From assembly GCA_951406725.2 (NCBI GenBank), contig OX597828.1, positions 76,880,001 through 76,944,000 on the forward strand: a stretch of 64,000 nucleotides of DNA, in the 5' to 3' direction. Positions 1-12,548 of the stretch are shown piece after piece; positions within the stretch are counted from its first letter, which is position 1; each line of letters begins with the position of its first letter. The notes under the pieces were generated by a model. That model saw only the letters and a list, made by a program, of their open reading frames with translations, was not told where the DNA came from and did not search any database. The position numbers and the translations under genes were made by a program. The stretch comes from Octopus vulgaris. Taxonomy: Eukaryota.

Positions 1-297
1 CGTGTCTGTTGAGATACTCTGTAGGCGCTAGAAGACTGCACTTGGAGACCACATGGTCAATGGTTTCATTTTGTTGCTGGCATACACGACACGTTGGCCT
101 GGTAGTTTCTTGTTGGTAGGCATTGATCTTGAGCTGCTATGATAAACCCTTCTGTTTCAGATTTTAAGCCAGAGGCCATTAGCCATTGATGGGTCAGGGC
201 TTTGTCAACATCTGCATTATTTGCTCTCTTTGGGTATTTGCCATAGAGAGGTTTTTCTTGCCATTTATCATTCAGAATATCTAAGGCCGCAGATTTA

Positions 298-300
<3 letters not shown>
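1..300 (-). mobile_element. R4/Dong-type non-LTR retrotransposon, 5'-truncated copy A (runs off the window start)
   Basis: Near-identical to 1218-1543 of copy B apart from a 26-nt deletion between two GTTGG microhomologies near 90-96; ends at a (CAT)n/(TAT)n tract. Confidence 0.88.
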
Positions 301-524
<224 letters not shown>

Positions 525-525
<1 letters not shown>

Positions 526-2822
526 TATGTTTGACTTTTGCTTTATATTTGTACAAGTTGGCTCCAAGTCTCACCCAGAGACCTCAAGAGACAACAGGGT
601 TGGAAGTTCATGTTGTTGTCATGCCTAGTGTGCCATATATTTGGGGGGTGGGGATGTTGTACTAATGAATGTCTAAAAAAAAAAGTTTTTTTTTTTTTTT
701 TTTTTTTAAACCGAAAATTATGTTTGTTTTAAACCTTGAGGTTACATAGAGAGTATTTTGCGTAGGATATGAGCAGTTCCCATGAGCACTATCTTTTGAA
801 CTTCTGCCATTTTGGGGTTTCCTGGTATCTTAGTTAGGTAGCTATCAGCCCCTTTTGCTATCATTCCCAGGGCACCTATGACAACAGGTATTGTTTTAGT
901 CTTCAGCTTCCACATTTTGCTGATTTCTATTTCAAGATCTTTATATTTGCTCAGTTTTTGGTAGGTCCTGACAGATACGTTTATATCGATTGGGACAGTC
1001 ATATCAATGAGGAGGCATGTTCTTTGTTTGAAGTCTTTCAATATGATGTCTGGCCTATTTGCATCTATCTTCCTGTCAGTTTGAATGGTGAAGTTCCAGA
1101 GGAGTGAGATGTGGTCATTTTCAAGCACTGGGGGTGGTTTGTGTTCCCACCAGTTTTTTTCATGGGGCAAATCCAGGTTTTTACAGATTACCCAGTGAAT
1201 ATATTGTGCAGCTCTATCGTGCCTGTTGAGATACTCTGTAGGCGCTAGAAGACTGCACTTGGAGACCACATGGTCAATGGTTTCATTTTGTTGCTTGCAT
1301 ACACGACACGTTGGACTGCTTCTGATCTTTAATATGTTGGCCTGGTAGTTTCTTGTTGGTAGGCATTGATCTTGAGCTGCTATGATAAACCCCTCTGTTT
1401 CAGATTTTAAGCCAGAGGCCATTAGCCAGTGATGGGTCAGGGCTTTGTCGATATCTGCATTATTCGCTCTCTTTGGGTATTTGCCATAGAGAGGTTTTTC
1501 TTGCCATTTATTATTCAGAATATCTAAGGCCGCAGTTTTGGCACAGGTTTTCATGCGCCTAGCTTTTTCTGTGCTTGTTTCTTGTATGTCTATCTCTAAT
1601 TCCGAAATTGGTTGTATTCGGAATTCACTTAGATATTCCTTTGCCTGTTTTGTGACTGAGTATGATGCTTTCTTGTTTTCATGTTTTGAGACAAGTTTTA
1701 ACATCCAGTCCTCAGAGTTTTTCAGGTAGGTGTCTAGGCCAATTGTAGCAATCTTCATTGTTATTGCCAGTTGCAAAAGACCACGGCCTCCTCTTTTCTT
1801 GGCAGATAGAGTCGTTCTGTATCTGCCTTAGGGTGGTGCATTCTATGCATTGTCAACAGTTTCCTTATTTTTCTGTCGAGCTGACATATTTCAGTAATTG
1901 ACCAGTTAACAATATTGAAACTGTAAGTCACGACTGGTATAGCTAATGCATTGATTGCTTCGATCCTGTTTCTTGCATTCAGCTCTGTCTTGAGTATTGC
2001 TCTCACTCTTCGATAGCATTCTCTCCTGATCCTTTCCTTCATCTCTGAATGCCTTATTCCGTTCCCTTCAATTACCCCTAGGTACTTGTAGCTCTCCGCT
2101 GGGTCTAGTTCTTTTATGACATTCTGTTGGTCAAGGTTAACGTTAGATGTTTCTGTCATTTTTCCTTTGATAAAGGTAGCCTTTGCACATTTATCGAGGC
2201 CGAATTGCATTCTGATGTCGTCACTGAATTGTTTGACTATCGCTAGTAAGCCCTTGAGTTGTTGATCATTTTTTGCAAAAAGCTTTAAATCATCCATGTA
2301 AACGAGATGATTTATATTTTTATCAAACATTTTATACCCGTACTGCGCGTCATTGAGCAGCTTTGAGAGAGGTATTAAGGATAAACAAAAGAGGAGTGGT
2401 GACAGTGAGTCACCCTGGAAAATGCCACACGAAATTTTTACATCACCAGCATTTAGGGATTCACTGTCACTGTTCAGAGTTAGTGTGGTTCTCCATGATC
2501 TCATACTTACAGTCAAGAAGTTTCGCAGAGTTGGTGCTATCTTATACATTTCAAGGCATTTCCTAATCCAGCTATGTGGTAGGCTATCAAAAGCCTTTTT
2601 ATAGTCTATCCAGGCTATTGATAAGTTTTTGTGTCGTTTGTGACAATCTTCTAAGATCATCTTATTGATGAGTAGTTGGTCTTTACAGCCGTAGGATCCA
2701 CGTTTACATCCTTTCTGTTCATTAGGGAATATGCTGCTGTCTGTTAAAAAACTATAGGTATATTCCGTCAGGACAGATGTTAGTGTTTTGTACATAGTTG
2801 TTAAGCAGGTTATGGGTCTATA

Positions 2823-2825
<3 letters not shown>
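525..2825 (-). mobile_element. R4/Dong-type non-LTR retrotransposon (RT + restriction-like endonuclease), 5'-truncated copy B
   Basis: RT motifs NYRPITCL, WIDYKKAFDS, GIFQGDSLSP, YMDD, YKYLG; CCHC knuckle CRVC..ETIDHVVSKC; RHD and PD..D..K..KY REL motifs; ~215-nt 3' UTR; (TAA)n on both sides. Confidence 0.93.
742..2825 (-). pseudogene. RT-REL ORF of copy B, broken by a single 1-nt frameshift
   Basis: ORFs 1761..3110 and 742..1776 join into RLYLPRKE-GGRGLLQL if one G is restored near 1789-1792. The poly-Asn N-terminus of the first ORF is only the flanking microsatellite. Confidence 0.88.
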
Positions 2826-2861
<36 letters not shown>

Positions 2862-2890
2862 GTTGTTGTTGTTGTTGTTGTTGCTGCTGC

Positions 2891-2983
<93 letters not shown>
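2824..2983. repeat. (TTA)n/(TTG)n microsatellite at the 5' truncation point of copy B
   Basis: Seen directly. Confidence 0.97.
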
Positions 2984-2984
<1 letters not shown>

Positions 2985-3642
2985 TCTATTCAGATTTGTA
3001 AGGTCTCCAACACTAATTATATTAACACCAACTGAAATATACGCCATATAATATTTCTTTTTATTAAGAATCAGGGAAAACTTATATACCAGGTGATTAT
3101 AGCCTCTCAAGAAACCGTTTCGATCCTAATTATAAATTTACGGCAGGGTTTTAGAATTAAACTTTATATCATTTCCAGCTCTGTGTCTTGTAAATGAAGA
3201 TTTTGTACTGGAAATATTGCGTTGGCCAAAAAGATCGCTTTTTTTCCTTTGCGCATGCGATCTCGTTAAATGCCTGACACCGTTCGCCTTTTTCCTTTGC
3301 GCGTGAGTACAGATGCAGGTCAGAATGGGCCTGCCCACAAAATGGCAGGCAAGACTGAAACTGAACGGCAAAAATATCATTGTTTGAATTTTTGCCCAAC
3401 TTAATATAGAAACATATTTTGACCCGTGGAAACAGAAGAGAGTAAATGCCTGACGTCATTTAATCGTCATTGTGTTCAGCAGAAAATCGCTAGCTTCAGC
3501 ATTCGATCCCGATAAGCGAGGTTGATAAACAAGGCAAAATCACAATCTTCAATTGGGGTCTTCATTCCTGTCCTCTACTATGGTCATGGGTGTTGATTAA
3601 TGATTGATAAAGCACAATTGCAAATACAAGAAGCCAAAGAAT

Positions 3643-3785
3643 CTCCGAAATTACGTCACCCGGCAGGGCACGTAGCTCCGAAATTACGTCACCCGGCAGG
3701 GCACGTAGCTCCGAAATAACGTCAACCGGCAGGGCATGTAGCTCTGAAATACCGTCACCCGGCAGGGCACGTAGCTCTGAAATTA
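3643..3785 (+). repeat. 33-bp GC-rich minisatellite, about 4.3 copies
   Basis: Unit CTCCGAAATTACGTCACCCGGCAGGGCACGTAG starting at 3643, 3676, 3709, 3742, partial at 3775. Confidence 0.93.
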
Positions 3786-3841
3786 GGGAGTCTCTCAAAG
3801 TTGAGCTGCTATTTCTCCGAACTTTGAGATCACGGCTCCGG

Positions 3842-4012
3842 TTCGTCTGCCTTTTCGTTCTGAGTTCAAATTACGCCGAGTCCGACTTTCTCTTTCATCC
3901 TTTCGGGATCGATAAAATAAGTACTAGTCATGTACTGAGGTGGGTGTGTGTGGCGGGCGGCGGTTTTAACACTACCCTCGAAATTTCTGGGGTTCTGCCA
4001 AAATGTGAAACC
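3842..4012 (+). mobile_element. tRNA-derived SINE family A, 5'-truncated
   Basis: Shares GTTCTGAGTTCAAATT..GCCGAG..CGACTTT..CTTTCATCCTTTCGGG with copies at 12.0-12.5 kb and 38.4 kb. Confidence 0.75.
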
Positions 4013-4149
4013 AGAATTTTTAGTCTCAGTTGATCATATTTGGGAATCCAGCCGAAAACTCAAATGAAGATTACTTCTGATTAGACCATAGAGAAGAGGT
4101 GCATGAGGACTTTACCCGCACTACCTTCACAGGAAGAGTGAGTGGAGAC

Positions 4150-4169
4150 GATGGATGGATGGACGGATA

Positions 4170-4202
<33 letters not shown>

Positions 4203-4265
4203 ATGGATGGATGGATGGACGGATTGATGGATGGATGGATGGATGGATGGATGGACGATGGATGG

Positions 4266-4300
<35 letters not shown>

Positions 4301-4405
4301 CATGGATGCATGGATGGATGGACGGATTGATGGATGGATGGATGGATGGATGAATGGATGGATGGACGGACGGACGGATGGATGGATGGATGGATGGATG
4401 GACAG

Positions 4406-4441
<36 letters not shown>

Positions 4442-4688
4442 ATGGATGGATGGATGGACAGATGGATGGATGGATGGATGGATGGATGGATAGATGGATG
4501 GATGGATGGATGGATGGATGGATGGATGGATGGATGGATGGATAGATGGATGGATGTATGTATGGATGGATGGATGGATGGATGGATGGATGGATGGATG
4601 GATGGATGGACGGATGGATGGATGGGTGGACGGATTGACGGATGGATAGATGGATGGATGGGTGGACGGATTGATGGATGGATGGATT
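4150..4688. repeat. (GGAT)n tetranucleotide microsatellite
   Basis: Seen directly; explains the MDGW/IHPS ORFs. Confidence 0.98.
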
Positions 4689-5114
4689 GCTTCAAATTAA
4701 AAAAAAAGCAGAAAATTCTGGCCGAACGTCAACCGAGGTTATTCTTTATAATTTGGAAAACTCGCAGCAAGATATTTTACATTCGTAGCTCGTCTATGTT
4801 TCCATAGTTGACGAAGAAAGCAATCTTCTCTTCTTGGCACATAGATCTGTCCCAACTCATGAACTTCACTGAACAATCATTACCAACACTGCCGCTCACC
4901 ATTTGCACCGGTCTTTGCTCTGTGATTTCACACCAACCAGTGTACAATCTTGTATGGTTAGTTACGTATACTTCCATCACTATTTCGCCAATTTCGATTA
5001 TGTCTATGCTGTGATAATGAGGTCATAATACGAATGAAACCTGCTTAGAATTATCTCCCGTATCACTGTCAATACAACGAAATTTATTGTGAGTTATTTT
5101 GTTTTTCCATACCA

Positions 5115-5445
5115 TGTACTAGCACTCCGTCACTTACGACGAGGAGTGTTTTGGTGATCTGATCAACGGAGCCGCCTGCTGAGAGAATTTAACGTGCAAG
5201 AGGATGAGAAATCCTCAAATACACGGAACCTCAACGTAGTTCTCAGGGAGGTTCAGCGTGACACGCAGTGTGACACGATTGGCCCTTTAGAATTAAACAC
5301 ACAACTAATTTTTGCCAGCTGAGTGAAATGGAACAAATTGAAATAAAGTGTCTTGCTCAAGGACATAACGCGTCCCCAGGAATCGAACTCACGACTATAT
5401 GATCGTGAGACGAATACCCTAACCTCTAAACCACGCGCCTTCCAT
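5115..5445 (-). mobile_element. tRNA-derived SINE family C with CORE-like segment
   Basis: Minus strand: GGCGCGTGG head, B-box GAGTTCGATTCC, then GTCCTTGAGCAAGACACTT; related copies near 31700-31990, 32455-32740 and 51075-51370. Confidence 0.75.
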
Positions 5446-6570
5446 ACCATGTATTTTCTAAAAATGTTTTCTCAATAAATGTCAACTTAGTTATATGCGG
5501 TAATTATTTCTTTTGGCGAAAACCATCGAGTTTAATAGCAACGGCTCAGAGCCAAATGAGGAAAAATGCGACGAATATTACTGCTACTGATATTTCTAAT
5601 TTACTTGTAATGGAAGGTTTGAAGGGCCAATGATTAAGGTAATATTTAATGCAGTATTTTCGCTTTAATCAGGCTTAATGTTAGACTATTTTCTTTGATA
5701 ACTCTCCTCCATTCCAGTGTATTATTAATTCTGAATATGTATGGAAACATGTGTTGGAATGTGCGTTATTATTCCAGAAAAGTTAATTTGTTTACAACTC
5801 ATGAGCTACACGACTAATCGCTTGCCAGTTTACTGCACTGACAAATTCGCTTAATTGTCGTCCGTAAAATTCTTTCATAATTTCTATAATGAGAACCCAT
5901 TTGAATTTTGCAGTAGACTGCTCGTCTAGATGTGTCCATTGCCTAGTGTGTGTGGACGGGTGTGTGGACGGGTGTATTCCTTAATGTGCTTGTGTGTATT
6001 CTAGAATGACTATGTGTCTTTGTCTGTGTTTGTGTGTTTATTTTCTGTGTTTATTATTTATTATTTGCGCATGTTTCTTTTTTTGCGTGCCTACCTTTGT
6101 GTCTGAGACTGAGAGCAGCGTTTCAGATTGAAGAAATATTGTCATAATTTTTTTAATTTAATTTTAAATTTGCTTCAGGACATTATTTATGCTTAGCTGC
6201 GTTGAAGTCTTTGTATTATAAAAGTGGATGTGACGGTTCGTCGCTCCACAAGTTACCTGTGATTATATAACAAAGGTTAATGCTTGTCTGCGATGCTTTG
6301 CTTGTGGTTTATCAACTTGTAGTCAACTTCCAAGGTGCGTCTTTTATGAGTGAATATAATGAAGTGCTTTAAAACTTTCACGACGAAAGACATGCCTCTT
6401 ACTACTTTCGTTGCAAACGCATGCAATCTTCAAAATTGTGAATGCATTTTCAATCGCCGATTACGGCATGTGTTCGGCTTAGAAAGCTTTTATAATGGCT
6501 GAATCAATCAGAGAAGGGAAATAAGACAAACATGACGATTATGATGGTTACGAGACTACTGGAGAAAATA

Positions 6571-7132
6571 TTGGGTTGTCCGGAAAGTTCGTGCCGATTT
6601 TTAAAGGAAAGAAAAAGGTCAATAAATACTTGCCATTACATTTTTAATCAACCAAATATGAACCATTTTGTTGCACAATGCGTTTCCATCTTTCCTTTAA
6701 CTTGAAAATACCCTCTTCCCAGAATTGAGGTAGTTTCATGGCAAAGAATTCACCAAGGTATCTTTTTACGTCATCCAAGGAATTGAAATTTTTACCATTA
6801 AGACTATTCTGCAGATACCTGAATAAGTGGAAATCCGACGGAGCAATATCTGGTGAATATGGAGGGTGGGGTAACACAACCCAGCCGAACCGCAATTTAT
6901 GTCTGGTTCCCAAAGCATCAAATGCCGAAAATGAACTTTCACGTCTTCCATTTTAAAGGGTTACAGAATTAACACAGGTTATAAGAACATAAACCTTCTT
7001 CCACGAAAATATAGCTTAAACTGCGCTCTAAATGGAGGCGTAGCAAATCCTATTTTATGGACTCAACCATGTTCTAAAATAAGTCGAAAGGTAAGCTCCT
7101 ATAAATCAGCACGAACTTTCTGGACAACCCAA
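6571..7132 (-). mobile_element. Non-autonomous mariner (internal-deletion derivative)
   Basis: 30-bp TIRs TTGGGTTGTCCGGAAAGTTCGTGCCGATTT (6571-6600) and its near reverse complement (7103-7132); TA on both sides (6569-70, 7133-34); transposase N-terminus MEDVKVHFRHLML fused near 6907 to the C-terminal HPPYSPDIAPSDFHLF region. Confidence 0.95.
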
Positions 7133-7518
7133 TAGTTGAAGAACAACAGTATAGCTATTTTCACTTCGACCCATGTACATAAACCATATGGAAATCACCA
7201 GCCAGTTAGGGTGTATGGGTGTGTGTGGAGGGGTATTTTTGTACATATGACATATATAAATAAACACGTATACGCATGAATGTATTTGTTTCTTAACAGC
7301 AAACATGGGTAATTTGATGAAGACGTAGTGGACATTCCTAGCAAATCACTTGATATCGTAGAATTTACTTGATTGGCTCTTGTTCTTTAATCCGAAGACA
7401 ACACTCATGTCTACGACCATGTGTGTATCAATCGTTATCATGCCAATATTTTCTGGCATAGTATAGCTAGAACTACATTGCACAATGTACTTTTCCTTTG
7501 TCAGTATATATATATCAG

Positions 7519-7650
7519 TGGGTGACAAGCTAGTAGAAACTTTAGCACGCCGGGCAAACTGCTAAGCGGTATTTCGTCTCTCCTCATGTTCTGAGTTCAA
7601 ATTCCGCCGAAATCGAAATTGTGGGACTTGTGCCAAAATTTGAAAGCAAT
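7519..7650 (+). mobile_element. SINE family A fragment
   Basis: TTAGCACGCCGGGC...GTTCTGAGTTCAAATTCCGCCGA. Confidence 0.7.
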
Positions 7651-8534
7651 ATAAACCAGTATGTCATTTGAGAGACATTTGGCTACTATTTTCAGCAGAG
7701 CAAACGACTCAGTAGACGTTCACTCAGTTGTTCACTGAGATTGCCGTTTGAAGGAGATGATGTATCTATTTCTAGCAAGTCAAGAAAAATGTAAAAAGAA
7801 TCTGATTGGTCATTGGATATCGATCGTTTGTTTCTGAGAGTCCGGTTGCTATATTGACAGCAGTGTTGAAGGACGTGGCATCGTTAGAAAATTGGAAAAT
7901 AATTGATATGTAATTGTCCAATTGTGGTGAAATAATTATGCCTTATGGAAGAATTTTTGGAAGATTTCTACGAATTTAATCTTGTGCTTCTGATTAATTG
8001 TCGCATAGGTGCTGTTTTATTATTACGTCTACCTGTCTGGTGTTCAGGTATGTCATTTTCCTCAAATTTTCAATTATTGATGAGATGATGGACGTTAGAG
8101 AATTAACAGTAGGCGTGTGGTTAAGAAGCTCATTTCGCAGTCACTGTGTTTGGGTTTACATTCTGCAACGAGGCGTCTCGACTTTTACAGAAACGTTTGG
8201 GGTACTTACTGTTCTGTGACTGATTTCAAAAACATCTTGATACAAACTGATCTAAGCATTATGACGTCTCTCTGTGGGATTACTGACTAACCTGGGATGA
8301 TCCAGCCCCATTAAGCAAGAGCATTAATCAAGCATGCAGAGCAAGTATGTGTGTGTGGGGAGGGTCATATGTGTGTGTGTGTACATGTATGCGTAATATA
8401 TATCATATATATGTATGTATATAAATATTTGTTGTAAGTTGAGTTATAATCAAAGCAATTTTACAATTGAACAAACTGAAGTAGGACTCAATTGTAGACA
8501 TACATTTTACTTTTACAAGAGTGGTGACAGTGGC

Positions 8535-8568
8535 GTCGACGTTTCAGCCCTGTAGCCTTCATCAGACT
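8535..8568 (-). ncRNA. Minimal hammerhead-like motif (degenerate)
   Basis: Minus strand GT-CTGATGA-AGGCTACAGGGCT-GAAA-CG-TC-GAC; core intact, stems I and II weak. Confidence 0.5.
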
Positions 8569-8728
8569 GTTCAAGAAAGATATATAGACGTACATACATG
8601 CTGTGCACGTATGAGATGGGGAGGCTGCGGGTTGACGTGTGCACGAAGGCATCTCTTTGTTGGAGACGTGATGGTACCAGCTGATGTTTGCGATGGTTAT
8701 ATTCATATACGTATATGTATATATATAT

Positions 8729-8950
8729 TCTTTTATTCTTTTATTTATTTCAGTCATTTGACTGCGGCCATGCTGGAGCATCGATTTTAGTCGAGCAAAT
8801 CGACTTGAGGACTTATTTTTTATAAGCTTGGTACTTATTCTATCGGTATCTTTTGCCGAATCACTAAGTTACGGGGATGTAAATACACCGGCATCGGTTG
8901 TCAAGCGATATTGGTGGGGGGGGGGCAAACACCGACATGCAAACATATAC

Positions 8951-9026
<76 letters not shown>

Positions 9027-9218
9027 GCATGTGTGTGTGTGTGCGTGTATATATATATACGGTCTTTCAGTTTCCGTCTACCAAATCCACTCACAAGGCT
9101 TTAATCGTCCCGAGGCTATAGTAGAAGACACTTGCCTAAGGTGCCACGCAGTGGAACTGAACCCGAAACGATGTGGTTGGTAAGCAAGCTACTTACCACC
9201 CAGTCACTCCTGTGCCTA
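8729..9218 (-). mobile_element. SINE family B, full length (tRNA/CORE-like head, (TA)n linker, LINE-like tail)
   Basis: Head 9058-9218 matches 25717-25885; tail 8729-8940 ends GCTCCAGCATGGCCGCAGTCAAATGACTGAAA. Confidence 0.85.
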
Positions 9219-10465
9219 TACATATTTACGCGCATATTCACACGGACGCGTACATATGCACACAAGTCTATATCGCCGACAATGTGATTTTGTTGGTAAG
9301 CAGCAACAGGATGCCTACCACTGAGGAAGAGCAGTACGCTGAAATCACATGATCTGTCATTTCCCGGTACCATGGCAGATAGGTTTCGTGGGGTACGTTA
9401 TACGTGTTCTATTAGCTCTGTACGTCTATATGAGAGGATCTTTTAAGGCAAATGACACAGTATTCGGTGTCGTAATAATAAGTCCACGTTAATTTGGACG
9501 TTAAGATTCTCATTTGGTATTAATACAGTTTCCGTCGCTAATATACAATTTTTAATCGCCCACGCACGCGCACACACACGCACACACACATACATACACA
9601 CACACACACCACACACTCACATATGTATGCACACTGTAAAATAAGTGACCTCAACATTTTATGACCGGTTGGCCATTCTATGAATTTTACATATGCAAGA
9701 GCTGAATTTTTATGAAGTATCACCGTTTTTAGCTCTGAATGGATTGCAGTGTCTGTCAGAGGTCAAAATATTTCATTTATTAAAATATCTGAACGCTTTG
9801 CTTTGATCTGTTCGTCAATTTGACCAGACATGTCTCAGAACAAAGGAGACGTGTTATTGTCACATAGCCAATGTTGTGTTTTAATATCATTTGTTTATTT
9901 TTATCTCTACGTTTCGCATAAGCATATTGCAAACATAATACGATATATTCTTTGCGAGTATAAAGCAGCTGCAAATGACGGGCTTGAATATACCTAAAAG
10001 CTGATTAAATCTTGGATATTTTGCCTTCAACGTTTTACCTCTTGGTTCTGCTGATTTCATATTTTGTGATGTATCGAAGTAGCAGTCTTCATCTGTCGCT
10101 CGATTTAACATAACATTTGCTGTCGAGTACATTTATTAGACTTCCGTCTGGTATAAGCATTCAGCCATCTTTCATGTTTGAGGAGAACTGCCATAGCTCC
10201 AACCTAACTAGTTTCTAAAATACGGAAACGCTTTATAGCTTCTCACATTTCTTAAATTATTTTATTCTTTTTTGGTTTTATTTGTTACAGTCATTTGACT
10301 GCGGCCATGTTGGAGCACTGCCTTTAGTCGAGCAAATCGACCCCAGGACTTATTCTTTGTAAGCCTAGTACTTATTCTATCGGGCTCTCTTGCCGAACCG
10401 CTAAGTGACGGAGACGTAAACAAACCAGCATCGTTTGTCAAGTAATGTTGGGGGGACAAACACAG

Positions 10466-10546
<81 letters not shown>

Positions 10547-10785
10547 ATAAATAAGGATAAGATCGTTAATTTAAAAATAAAACAATGATTTTTTCAAGTG
10601 GTCAGCATGGAAAAATAAACTTCAAAGGTAATAATTATTAAAATTATAAATTAGGGTATCTACGAGATACCACCATGCTGAAAATAGCAGCCATGATCTG
10701 ACTCTAAAACCACCTTAATTGTCCATATATCAACACGGATAGAAAACAAAGAGACAAGATGAAACTAGTAAAAAATTACTGGATA

Positions 10786-10844
10786 ATTCTAGATCCTGGA
10801 TTTCTGACTTTGTATTTAGAAACGCTTTGCCTCGTCAGTAGAAT
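10786..10844 (-). ncRNA. Type I hammerhead ribozyme
   Basis: ATTCTA-CTGACGA-GGC..GTC-A-GAAA-TCCAGGA-TC-TAGAAT; 6-bp stem I. Confidence 0.75.
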
Positions 10845-11307
10845 ACACACAGAGGAGACACATAAATACATATATATATATATAAATAAAACATACGAAT
10901 ACTCACATATGCGAACGTATACCTACATATATATGCACGTATGCATCATGGCCAGTTCAAAAGGCCTGCTATTTTCAGCATGGTGGTATCTCGTAGATAC
11001 CCTAATTTATTATTTTAATAATTATTTCCTTTGAAGGTTATTTTTTTCCATGCTGACCACTTGATAAAATCGTTGTTTTGTTCTTAAATTAACGATCTTA
11101 TCCTTATTTATATAAATTTAAATATATTTCGTCACTGTATTTACTGCGGCGATATTTTGACCATATCTCACATGGAATTAAACGGCGGACATTTTGAACT
11201 GGCCCTGATGCATACGTGCATATATATGTAGGTATACGTTCGCATATGTGAGTATTCGTATGTTTTATTTATATATATATATGTATTTATGTGTCTCCTC
11301 TGTGTGT

Positions 11308-11366
11308 ATTCTACTGACGAGGCAAAGCGTTTCTAAATGCAAAGTCAGAAATACTGGATCTAGAAT
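11308..11366 (+). ncRNA. Type I hammerhead ribozyme
   Basis: ATTCTA-CTGACGA-GGC AAA GCGTTT CT AAATGC AAA GTC-A-GAAA-TACTGGA-TC-TAGAAT. Confidence 0.72.
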
Positions 11367-11979
11367 TATCCAGTAATTTTTTACTAGTTTCATCTTGTCT
11401 CTTTGTTTTCTTTCCGTGTTGATATATGGACAATTATGGTGGTTTTAGAGTCAGATCATGGCTACTATTTTCAACATGGTGGTATCTCGTAGATACCCTA
11501 ATTTATAATTTTAATAATTATATGTATATATATATATACGACAAGCTTCTTTCAGTTTCCGTCTACCAAATCCACTCACAAGGCTTTGGTCGGCCCGGGG
11601 CTATAGTAGAAGACACTTGCCCAAGGTGCCACGCATTGGGACTGAAACCGAAACCATGTGGTTGGTAAGTAAGCTAATTACCACAAAGCCACTCCTGCGC
11701 CTAATATACATTTGCAAAACATATTTCAATTTTGACAAGTTGCATCAGGCTAACGTTATCAAACAATAGAGAGGAATTTTAAATTGTTTACAAAAGTGTG
11801 CGTTTTCTAAAAACAAGAGTAGAATCACCTGTTAACAAAGATTTAGGGCTTTTTACAAATGAATTTTTTGGAAGGACCTGAAGCGGTAGACAAAACGAAG
11901 TATTCGAAAATTGTTTGACACTCACACCTCACACCATGATTGCCCCTAGTATTGTAGTGTCAGAAATGTTTTAAGTTGA

Positions 11980-12548
11980 AGGCGGCGAGCTGACAGAACG
12001 TTTACGTTCTGAGTTCAAATTCCGCTGAGGTCGACTTTGCCTTTTATCATTTCACGGTCAATAAATTAAGTACCAGTTGCGTACTGGGGTCGATCTAATT
12101 GAGTGGCTCCCTGCCCAAACATTATAAAAGAATATCTTATGATATGCCAAGGCGGCGAGCTGGCAGAATCGTTAGCACGCCGGGCGAAATGCATACCGGT
12201 ATTTCATCTGCCGTTACGTTCTGAGTTCAAATTCCGCTGAGCTCGACTTTGCCTTTCATCTTTTCGGGGTCGATTAAATAAGTACCAGTTACGCACTGGG
12301 GTCGATATAATCGACTTAATCCGTTTGTCTGTCCTTGTTTGTCCCTTCTGTGTTTAGCCCCTTGTGGGTAGTAAAGAAATAGATATTTCGTCTGTCTTTA
12401 CGTTCTGAGTTCAAATTCCGCCGAAGTTGAGTTTGCCTTTCATCCATTCATGGTCGATAAATTAAGTACCAGTTGCGTACTGGGATCCATCTAATTGACT
12501 GGCCCCCTCTCCAAAACCTTTGGGCTTTGTACCGAGAGTAGAAAAGAA
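11980..12548 (+). mobile_element. Cluster of three SINE family A copies
   Basis: GGCGGCGAGCTG heads near 11981 and 12151, third partial copy from ~12383; B-box GAGTTCAAATTCC in each. Confidence 0.85.

Larger units (their letters stand above)
10541..11521. mobile_element. Non-coding PLE-like/retrozyme-like element: inverted arm plus ~1.1 tandem units of 496 nt
   Basis: 10541-10962 is the reverse complement of sequence in 10964-11521; ATTTTCA.CATGGTGGTATCTCGTAGATACCC recurs at 10971 and 11467 (period 496). Confidence 0.8.
10262..11702 (-). mobile_element. SINE family B split by a hammerhead-bearing insertion in its (TA)n linker
   Basis: Tail at 10262-10480 and head at 11522-11702, in the same orientation and order as the intact copy at 8729-9218. 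Confidence 0.8.

Noticed and set aside
2826-3110. N-terminal extension of the RT ORF with poly-Asn
   Set aside because: Read-through of the flanking (AAT/AAC)n tract; the element is truncated at NYRPI.
3643-3785. CRISPR array
   Set aside because: Contiguous tandem units with no spacers, no cas genes, eukaryotic context.
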